From Candidatus Iainarchaeum sp. (GTDB lineage: Archaea; Iainarchaeota; Iainarchaeia; Iainarchaeales; DTGL01), in the NCBI GenBank assembly GCA_017608575.1, contig JAFCFP010000007.1, positions 1-38,612 on the forward strand: a stretch of 38,612 nt of DNA, given 5' to 3'. The translations under genes and the position numbers were made by a program. The notes below the pieces were generated by a model. That model made no database searches, had not been told where the DNA came from, and worked only from the letters and a program-made list of their open reading frames with translations. The stretch's first letter is position 1; each line of letters begins with the position of its first letter. Shown here piece after piece: positions 19,437 through 26,812 of this stretch.

Positions 19437-20700
19437 AACGGAAAAATTTTTAATGCAAAGAATTCGTTCCTTTTATGCTTCTGCAAAAATTAAAGCAGTT
19501 CCTTCAATTGAAGCAAGAGAATTTGGCATTGGCTCTCTTGGAAAAAAAATAGTTAAAAGGCATTTGTCTTTTTCCTCTGAAAAAGAATTGAACGAGTTCC
19601 TTCGCATGGAAGCACCGCCTTTTATTTCTTACTCAAATGCCTATTACCAAAAGCCAAGTGCGAGACCAATGGAAGCAAAAGGTTTTATGGGAGCGGATTT
19701 AGTGTATGAATTTGACGCTGATGACATTCCAACTCCTTGCAAAAAAGAGCACGATTCATGGAAATGTCAATCCTGTGGAGCCGAAGGAAAGGGTTCTTTG
19801 CAGAACTGCCCTGAATGCGGTGCAGTTGTAAAAGTAAAGCAATGGTTTTGCTCTGAATGCCTGGAGGCAGCAAAGCGTGAAACATTAAAGCTTTTAAGCA
19901 TTCTTGAAAAAGAATTCGGCTTTACTGGTTTGTCTATTAATTTTTCCGGCAATGCAGGCTATCATGTTCACGTGAGAAGCAAGGAAGTGCATGCATTGCC
20001 TCAAAGAGCGCGCATTGAATTGCTTGACTATTTGACTTTTAATGGTTTCAGCCTTGAAGAGCATGGTTTTGGTGTCCCGCTTTCAATGGGTGATTCAAGG
20101 AATTCAGCTGTTCTCACTTGTCCTATTCCATCCAAATCCAAGGGTCTCACGGCAAGGTTTATGAAAAGGCTTGTTTCGTTTATTAAGGAATGGGACACTG
20201 AAAAGCTTGCCGTGTATGGAATGATTTCAAAAAGAGAATCATTGTTCTTGCAAAAGAACAAGGAAAAAATATTGGAAAAAATGGAGGAAGGGATTTTGCT
20301 TCCGATTAATGCATCCCGTCCGAAAACAAGCCAAAAGTTTTGGAAATCGCTTATTGAAAAAGCCCTCATTGAAGAAACCATAAAACTCAATGTGGATAGG
20401 CAAACATCTGTTGATATGCACAGAATTCTCAGAATGCCTGGCACTATTCACGGTTCAACTGGCTTGATTGCTTCGGTTGTTGAAAGGAATGAATTAAAAA
20501 AATTCAATCCTTTTTCGCAGAGTGTTGTTTTTTCCAGTGAGCCAGTAAAGGTTTTTATTAATAATTCTCCTGAATTTGAACTGAAGGGGGAGAAATTCGG
20601 TCCGTTTAATGAACAGCAAGCTGAATTGCCGGAGTATGCGGCGTTTTATTTGCTTGCAAAAGGCCGTGCTTCTCTTGGAGGCAATGGCAATGGACTATGA
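19426..20700 (+). CDS. priS: DNA primase catalytic subunit
   Basis: REFG, YSNAYY..P, DLVYEFDADD, FSGNAGYHVHV and VD...S.D.HRILRMPGTIHGSTGL. Confidence 0.95.
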   Translation: MNSETEKFLMQRIRSFYASAKIKAVPSIEAREFGIGSLGKKIVKRHLSFSSEKELNEFLRMEAPPFISYSNAYYQKPSARPMEAKGFMGADLVYEFDADDIPTPCKKEHDSWKCQSCGAEGKGSLQNCPECGAVVKVKQWFCSECLEAAKRETLKLLSILEKEFGFTGLSINFSGNAGYHVHVRSKEVHALPQRARIELLDYLTFNGFSLEEHGFGVPLSMGDSRNSAVLTCPIPSKSKGLTARFMKRLVSFIKEWDTEKLAVYGMISKRESLFLQKNKEKILEKMEEGILLPINASRPKTSQKFWKSLIEKALIEETIKLNVDRQTSVDMHRILRMPGTIHGSTGLIASVVERNELKKFNPFSQSVVFSSEPVKVFINNSPEFELKGEKFGPFNEQQAELPEYAAFYLLAKGRASLGGNGNGL

Positions 20701-21229
20701 CGAACTGAGGCGGATTTACAGGCTTGAAAAAAATTCCACTCAATTGGTTAAACTCGACGATGATTTTTTTTCAGAGCTTAAATCTTTCCTGCGAGAAAAA
20801 CAATCAGCCTATAAAGAAAGCATTAAAAAGGGAAACCTTTCAATGGCAAAAAATTACTCCGAGTTAAAAAAGCTTGTTAAAGAGATTATTCAATTGAGGG
20901 AAAAAAAACTGCTCAACAAAGCACTCCTGGTTTCCCGCACTGGAGAGTTTTCTGATGAAAACCTTTCAGTTGAAGAGAAAAAAACATTCAATAAAATTAT
21001 TTCAATTCTGAAAGAACACAAAGCGGAAATAAACAGCTTGCTTGGCGAAAAAGAACAGCCAAAGGAAAAAACACCACAGAGTGTTAAGGTGACAATATTT
21101 AAAGAGGTTCCCGCATTTGTTGGAGCGGACATGAAGGAATATGGGCCTTTTTCAGCCGGCATGGAAGTAGAGCTTCCAAAAAAAACCGCTGACTTATTGG
21201 TTTCAACAAAGCTTGCTGAAATCAAATAA
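20690..21229 (+). CDS. gins15: GINS complex subunit Gins15 (Gins51)
   Basis: Helical A domain (MDYDELRRIYRLEK...LREKKLL) followed by beta B domain (VPAFVGADMKEYGPF..G..VELP). GGAGG RBS; priS-gins15 order. Confidence 0.85.
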   Translation: MDYDELRRIYRLEKNSTQLVKLDDDFFSELKSFLREKQSAYKESIKKGNLSMAKNYSELKKLVKEIIQLREKKLLNKALLVSRTGEFSDENLSVEEKKTFNKIISILKEHKAEINSLLGEKEQPKEKTPQSVKVTIFKEVPAFVGADMKEYGPFSAGMEVELPKKTADLLVSTKLAEIK

Positions 21230-21295
21230 TTTTTTCGGCATTAAAATAAACGCTTTTTTAATTGTTTGTTTTTTAATCTTATTAATGGTGGTTAA

Positions 21296-21490
21296 ATGAC
21301 TAAAATAGAGCAATTGGTTAAGCAGCCCAAAAACAAGTTTTTAAAGGTAAAATGTGAGTCATGCGGAAACGAGCAGATTATTTTTTCCGTTCCTTCGCGC
21401 AACGTGAAATGCCTTGTATGTAATGAGGAAATTGCAAAAAGCACTTCCCATAAAGCAAAAATAAAGGGCAAAATAATTGAAGAGTTTTAA
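21296..21490 (+). CDS. rps27e: 30S ribosomal protein S27e
   Basis: PKNKFLKVKCESCGNEQIIFS...CLVC. Confidence 0.96.
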   Translation: MTKIEQLVKQPKNKFLKVKCESCGNEQIIFSVPSRNVKCLVCNEEIAKSTSHKAKIKGKIIEEF

Positions 21491-21501
21491 TCGGTGAACA
21501 A

Positions 21502-22281
21502 ATGAAGAGTTTTCCAGAAGAAGGAGAAATTGTTGTAGTGGAAGTAAAAAAAGTCCTCAATTATGGAGCATTTGTTGAATTGCTCGAATATGACAGGCTG
21601 GCTGGATTTATTCATATTTCACAGGTTGCCTCGCGCTGGGTTAAAAACATTCGCAATCATGTCCGCGAAAACCAAGTGCGTGCAGCAACAGTTCTTTCAG
21701 TTGACAGGCAAAAAAACCAGGTTGATTTGTCCCTCACAAAGGTTTCAGCGCAAAGGCAAAGGGAGAAAATCGAAGAATGGAAACAATTTAAGCGTTCAAA
21801 GAAGCTTCTTGAAGTTCTTGCCAAAAAAAAGAAAAAATCTTTCGATGAGGGCTGGAAAGCGGTTGCTGAACCGTTAATTGAAGAGTATGGTTCTTTGAGT
21901 GAGGGTTTTAGGCAGATTGCAATGCAGGGCAGTAATGCAGCAAAAGGCATCAGTAAGGAATGGCTGAAAGATGTTGTTGAAATGGTTGAAAAAAGCATTT
22001 CAATTCCAAAAAAAACAGTTGAAGGAATTTTTTCACTTAAAAGCTATGAGGCAAATGGCTTCGAAGTAATAAAAAACGCTCTCAGTGAGGGAAAAAAACA
22101 GGCAAAGGGTGTTGAAGTTGAATTGTTCTACAAGGGCGGCGGCAATTATGTTTTAAGGGTTTCAGCGGATGACTATAAAAAGGCAGAAAAGGAAATGGAG
22201 AAAGTAAAAGAAAAGGTTATTGAACTCGTTGAAAAAGGAAAAGGCATTGTGGAATTCAAAAAAAAGGAATCAAGAAAATAA
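21502..22281 (+). CDS. eif2a: Translation initiation factor 2 alpha subunit
   Basis: FPEEGEIV, YGAFVELLEY, IHISQVASRWVKNIR and VDLSL. Confidence 0.96.
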   Translation: MKSFPEEGEIVVVEVKKVLNYGAFVELLEYDRLAGFIHISQVASRWVKNIRNHVRENQVRAATVLSVDRQKNQVDLSLTKVSAQRQREKIEEWKQFKRSKKLLEVLAKKKKKSFDEGWKAVAEPLIEEYGSLSEGFRQIAMQGSNAAKGISKEWLKDVVEMVEKSISIPKKTVEGIFSLKSYEANGFEVIKNALSEGKKQAKGVEVELFYKGGGNYVLRVSADDYKKAEKEMEKVKEKVIELVEKGKGIVEFKKKESRK

Positions 22282-22287
22282 GGTGGT

Positions 22288-23067
22288 TTGTTGGTTTCAA
22301 GGATTGAAATACTGAAAAGAAAAAAACTCAAAAACCCAGTGTTGATTACTGGCTTGCCGGGCATTGGGCTTGTGGGAAAGATTTCAGTTGACTATTTGTT
22401 GAAGCAATTTAAAGCTGAAAAGATTGCGAATGTTTACTCTGATTCTTTTCCTCCAAGCGTGCAAATAATGAATGGATTGCTTGACTTAATAAGGGATGAG
22501 ATTTATTGCTGGGAATTTAAGGGAAGGCATTTTCTTTTTTTGGCTGGACCAATTCAGCCATCTCTGGATTTCCATTCGGGTTCGGCTTTTGGGCATTACG
22601 AGTTTGCTTCAGCAATAGTGCAAGCAGCCAAGAAATTTGGCGTTAAAGAGATTGTAACCCTTGCTGGAATAAATGTTGGAGATGAAAGAATGGAGCGCGA
22701 GCCGGCAGTAATTGTTGCTGCCACTAACCAGGAAATGCTTAAAAAATTCAAAAAGCTTGGCGCTAAAGTGAATAAAAGCAATGGCTTGATTGCTGGTGCA
22801 GCTGGCTTGATTTTAGGTATTGGCAGAAAGCAGGGCTTGCAAGGCGCGTGCTTGATGGGTGAAACAAATGCCAAACTGATTTATGGAGACCATGGTGCTG
22901 CAAAAAAAGTGGTTGAATTGCTCGTCAAGGCTTATGGTTTTAGGGTCAAAATGGCTGGCATTAAAAAGGAAGCAAAAAACATTGAAAACGCTTTTGCCCA
23001 GTTAAGTAAGCAATTTGAGGAAAAGCGCGAGGAATTTATTGAAGAAAAACCGAGTTATGTGCGCTGA
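22288..23067 (+). CDS. PAC2-family proteasome assembly chaperone
   Basis: LITGLPGIGLVGKI, I.GAAGL and CLMGET; usual position after aIF2-alpha. Confidence 0.9.
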   Translation: MLVSRIEILKRKKLKNPVLITGLPGIGLVGKISVDYLLKQFKAEKIANVYSDSFPPSVQIMNGLLDLIRDEIYCWEFKGRHFLFLAGPIQPSLDFHSGSAFGHYEFASAIVQAAKKFGVKEIVTLAGINVGDERMEREPAVIVAATNQEMLKKFKKLGAKVNKSNGLIAGAAGLILGIGRKQGLQGACLMGETNAKLIYGDHGAAKKVVELLVKAYGFRVKMAGIKKEAKNIENAFAQLSKQFEEKREEFIEEKPSYVR

Positions 23068-23068
23068 A

Positions 23069-24340
23069 TTAAAACTCGTTAAGTGTTCGCTGTCCCTTGA
23101 ATGAACTGTTGCATTCAAGGAATTCTTTCAATTCAATTTTTTTTCTTTCCATTTCTTCCATTGAATCGCAGATCACTGGTTGTCCGTATTGACCGCCTCC
23201 ACCACTTTTATAAAGTACTCTTCCGAGACGGAATGATTCAATTTTTTTTGCAACCTCTTCGTTTACTTCAGCCAATTCAACAACTGGTTCATCAATAAGT
23301 GCTTTTATTTCTGATTCAAAGCAATCAATGAATTCTCTCCAAAGGGATTGTACTTTTTGTGAATTAATGTTTTCAACGCCTAGAGAAATTTTTATTATTT
23401 CAGCCAATGGAATAATATGCAAGTATTGTGGTCTTTGTTCGGGGTGAATTTCTTCAGTGAAAGAGGCGAGTTCGAGAATGCGATGCCTCACTCCTTTTTT
23501 TATTGTTCCATGGCATTTTGGGCACCTCCATTTGAGCCTTTGAGCGTCTTGTGGGGAATACTTTTCATAGCAGGAATTGCAGGCAGTGCAATGGTATTTT
23601 CCTTCTCTTGGATTCAAGCCAACGTTTAATGTTGTGCCTCTTTCGTTTTTTCTCTCCAATGCTTTTACCAATTCTTCAAAGCTTGGTTTTTTCATTTTGA
23701 TTCGAGTGAATTCCCTGCCAATGCGGTGAGGCCAAGGCGAGTGAGCATCGCTAAAAGTGAAGAATTCAAATGAATGGTTTTCTTCAATTAAATCTGCAAA
23801 GTACGAGTCAGCGCTCAACCCAAGTTCAATGAATTTTATTCTGTTTCCTTGAGAGCCATAGCATTCTTTCACTGAATTAAAATGTGCATAAACCGAATAG
23901 TATGGAGTGAATGCATGCGCTGGTCCAATGATTCCGCCTGCTTCGTGGACTTTTTCTGCTAATTGTTCTGCGTTCAATTTCAGGGTTGGCCTTCCAAATC
24001 CCATGCCGTCAAGTTTTCCGAATTGTTGTAGTTTTTTTTGCAGTTCTTCCACTGCATTGAAGTCCGGTAGGAAAAAAATGTGGTGCACTTTTGATGAATC
24101 GTTTATTTCGCCGCCAAGAATGAACGGCGTTCTTGATTCTTTTTCTAAAAAAACACCGTTTTCTTCAATTAGTGTTTTTTTTGCGTGCTCTATCCATTGC
24201 TTGCATAATATGTCAGCTGAAGCCATTAAGTGCAATCCTTTTAGTTTTGCTTGTTCTCCTATTACTGGAATTTCCATGCTTTTGCTCACTCCGCCGGAGT
24301 AAAGGCCATGCAAGTGCAAATCACAGTCAAATTCTTTCAT
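23069..24340 (-). CDS. Endonuclease Q / TIGR00375 PHP-domain protein
   Basis: DLHLHGLYS, PAHAFTP, ELGLSAD, SDAHS...IGRE, GKYH..AC..C...CPKC and GGGGQYG. Confidence 0.92.
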   Translation of the reverse strand: MKEFDCDLHLHGLYSGGVSKSMEIPVIGEQAKLKGLHLMASADILCKQWIEHAKKTLIEENGVFLEKESRTPFILGGEINDSSKVHHIFFLPDFNAVEELQKKLQQFGKLDGMGFGRPTLKLNAEQLAEKVHEAGGIIGPAHAFTPYYSVYAHFNSVKECYGSQGNRIKFIELGLSADSYFADLIEENHSFEFFTFSDAHSPWPHRIGREFTRIKMKKPSFEELVKALERKNERGTTLNVGLNPREGKYHCTACNSCYEKYSPQDAQRLKWRCPKCHGTIKKGVRHRILELASFTEEIHPEQRPQYLHIIPLAEIIKISLGVENINSQKVQSLWREFIDCFESEIKALIDEPVVELAEVNEEVAKKIESFRLGRVLYKSGGGGQYGQPVICDSMEEMERKKIELKEFLECNSSFKGQRTLNEF

Positions 24341-24457
24341 TTTTTTCTCCTTTTTCTTTTTTGCAGAATCCTTTTAAGGATGTTATAGTAAGATTATTAT
24401 AAAACATTTAAGTTTGCCTTGTGCTTAAAGCTTGAATGTTTTTTTGGAAGGAAGCAT

Positions 24458-25459
24458 ATGAAAGAGGCGGTTTTTTATTCCCGCAAAAACGGGAAAGTGC
24501 AGTGCACTGCTTGCAATCGCGGGTGTGTGATTCCGAGTGGAAAGGTTGGCTATTGCCGTGTGCGCAAAAATGTTAATGGAAGGCTTTTTTCGCTTGTGTA
24601 TGGAAGAACCCTTACTCTTACAGTTGACCCCATTGAAAAAAAGCCATTGTTTAATTTTAAGCCTGGAACAATGTGCAATGGGGTTAGTACTTATGGTTGT
24701 AATTTTTCGTGCAAGTTCTGTCAAAACTATTACATTTCGCAGGATTTCACTGAAAAAGTGATTGAGGGTGTTGAAGAAACAACCCCTGAAGAAATAGTGG
24801 AAAACACTCTTGCAAGAGAGGTTGAAGGCATTGCTTATACTTATGTTGAGCCAACAATTTTTGCAGAGTATGCACTGGATATTATGAAAATAGCGAGAAA
24901 AAAATCGCTTTACAATGTATGGGTCAGCAATGGCTATATGTCAAAAGAATTGGCCAAAAAGCTTGTTCCCTTGCTTGATGCAATAAACATTGATTTGAAG
25001 GGAAACGCTGAATTTTATGAAGAAATGTGTGGTGGTGTAAAAATTGGCCCGGTAAAAGAAAACATAAGGTTTTTTCATAAAAAAGGCGTTCACGTGGAAG
25101 TAACAAACCTTATAGTGCCTGGTTTTAATGATTCAAAGAAGCATTTCAGTGAAATTGCTGAATTTATTGCTTCAATTGACAAGGAAATGCCATTGCATTT
25201 CACTCGTTTTTTTCCAGCGTATAAAATGAGTGATTTTGCTCCAACACCAATTGAATCCATTTATGCTGCAGTGGAAACAGCCAAAAAAAAGGGATTGAAA
25301 TATGTTTATGCCGGCAATGTTGCAGAGGAAGCCAATACTTTTTGCCCGAATTGTGGCAGGCTTTTAATTGAAAGAAATGGTTTTTCGGCAATTATTTCCG
25401 GCTTGTCAGAGGACGGAAAATGCGTTTTTTGCGGTTACAATACCAAAATAAGGCGCTGA
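24458..25459 (+). CDS. amrS: AmmeMemoRadiSam system radical SAM enzyme
   Basis: N-terminal C..C...C...G.C..R.N, DPIEKKPLF, CNFSCKFCQN, LHFTRFFPAY, YVYAGNV and C-terminal CPNC. Confidence 0.92.
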   Translation: MKEAVFYSRKNGKVQCTACNRGCVIPSGKVGYCRVRKNVNGRLFSLVYGRTLTLTVDPIEKKPLFNFKPGTMCNGVSTYGCNFSCKFCQNYYISQDFTEKVIEGVEETTPEEIVENTLAREVEGIAYTYVEPTIFAEYALDIMKIARKKSLYNVWVSNGYMSKELAKKLVPLLDAINIDLKGNAEFYEEMCGGVKIGPVKENIRFFHKKGVHVEVTNLIVPGFNDSKKHFSEIAEFIASIDKEMPLHFTRFFPAYKMSDFAPTPIESIYAAVETAKKKGLKYVYAGNVAEEANTFCPNCGRLLIERNGFSAIISGLSEDGKCVFCGYNTKIRR

Positions 25460-25461
25460 TT

Positions 25462-25791
25462 CTACAAAAGCCCCATGAATCTCAAGATAAGCATTGAACC
25501 AATTCCAGCCAAGCCAAATAAAGCGCTTATTACAAGGCTTGGCAAAAATGGCAAATTTGAATGAAAAAAGAACTGCAGAACAGCCCACGCAATTAAGCCG
25601 AGAACCGAGTTTATTAGTATTTTTTTAATGAAAACAATGAATAGAACGGCTGTTACTATAAGGATTATTCCAGCTAAAAGTATTCTTGGATCGCTTGCAA
25701 AAGGCAATACATTTGGAACATTTGTTGCAATGTTTCCAAGTATTTCAGAGCCAGGCAGTTCAACAGAAGAGGCTTGAGTGAGTATTTGCAT
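25462..25791 (-). CDS. Small membrane protein, BofA-like family
   Basis: Three TMs; KILINSVLG...ALFGLAG pattern. ATG at 25791 chosen; the upstream ORF extension is AT-rich and looks intergenic. Confidence 0.65.
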   Translation of the reverse strand: MQILTQASSVELPGSEILGNIATNVPNVLPFASDPRILLAGIILIVTAVLFIVFIKKILINSVLGLIAWAVLQFFFHSNLPFLPSLVISALFGLAGIGSMLILRFMGLL

Positions 25792-25904
25792 TAAAAAAAA
25801 GAATACGGAACTGTTTTTAACTTTTTTTAACAATGGCTTTCTAATAAATATGTTTCTGTATTTTGTATAATTAAAGAATAAGTAAAAGAGCAAAAAGAAT
25901 AGGA

Positions 25905-26579
25905 TTGAAGGGAAAGCAACAAAATGGCGGTGGCAAATTGACTGAATTCACTGAATTGGAGAAAAAGATTGCGTTAGCCTTACTTGGCGGGGAAAAAACT
26001 CTGAATGAAATTGAAGAGCTTTTTCCCCAAGAAAAAGACTCAATTAAAAAAACCCTTGCAAGAATGCTCAAGCTTGGCTTGGTGGAGAAAAAGGATACAA
26101 AATACTCATTAAAGGAAAGCATTGCAAAAGAAATAGAAAAGCGCCGTGACATAATTGAGAGCGATTTCTTCAAACTGCGATTGAAATCCTTTATTGAAAT
26201 GCAGGCAGTGAACAAGGAATTGCTTGAAAGAGAACTCTCAACAGTTGAAACAGCGTTGAAAAAACAAAAAGATTTCACAATTTACTCCGTTAAAAAAGCA
26301 GAAATAATTGAACAGGAAGGTTATTACTCTTCATTCCTTGAAGTGGATTTCACTGTCAGGAATTTTCCAGCCATAATTAAATTCATTTTCTTTTTCTCGC
26401 CAACAACACTAGAAATAATAAGGCCCCCAAAAATAGAAATAACCGCTTTTGATCTCCAAGAAGGATTAATGGATTTAATTCAAATGATTGAAAAATACAA
26501 TTCATTCATCCGCAAAGAAATGAGCAAAAAAGAGCTTGAAAGCTTCCACAAAAAGCTCTCGCAGGGCAGATTAAACTAA
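25905..26579 (+). CDS. Winged-helix domain fused to an uncharacterised archaeal domain
   Basis: N-terminal LTELEKKIALALL...LARMLKLGLVEK wHTH; C-terminal YSSFLEVDF...F.FSP..LEI..P domain. Confidence 0.7.
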   Translation: MKGKQQNGGGKLTEFTELEKKIALALLGGEKTLNEIEELFPQEKDSIKKTLARMLKLGLVEKKDTKYSLKESIAKEIEKRRDIIESDFFKLRLKSFIEMQAVNKELLERELSTVETALKKQKDFTIYSVKKAEIIEQEGYYSSFLEVDFTVRNFPAIIKFIFFFSPTTLEIIRPPKIEITAFDLQEGLMDLIQMIEKYNSFIRKEMSKKELESFHKKLSQGRLN

Positions 26580-26674
26580 AAAAACAGGTTTCGCAAATCA
26601 ACGAAACCACCTTCAACAAAAAATGTAAAAATCACCCTATTGGATTCGCTTTTTGTACCAACTTTTCGCCAAAA

Positions 26675-26692
26675 CCGAAACATATATAAATA
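26675..26692 (+). promoter_or_regulatory. BRE + TATA box of the S-layer gene
   Basis: CCGAAA-CA-TATATAAATA, matching the archaeal BRE/TATA arrangement, about 125 nt upstream of the start codon. Confidence 0.7.
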
Positions 26693-26720
26693 GCCCTATT
26701 TATCTAATAATAAAACGGCC

Positions 26721-26773
26721 GTAATTTGCTTTCTACTCGCAACCATGGAAGCGAGTGGGGTTAAGCTAATTAC
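26721..26773 (+). promoter_or_regulatory. Long stem-loop in the predicted S-layer 5' UTR
   Basis: GTAATT(T)GCTT pairs with AAGC(T)AATTAC; inner CTACTCGC pairs with GCGAGTGG around a 10-nt loop. Confidence 0.7.
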
Positions 26774-26812
26774 ATACCTAACTAAAAAAAGTTTTGTGAG
26801 GTGAAACAAAAC

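Noticed and set aside
24458-25459. AmrS as part of a local novel radical SAM cluster
   Set aside because: No AMMECR1 or Memo partner and no precursor peptide is adjacent; the partners are often unlinked.
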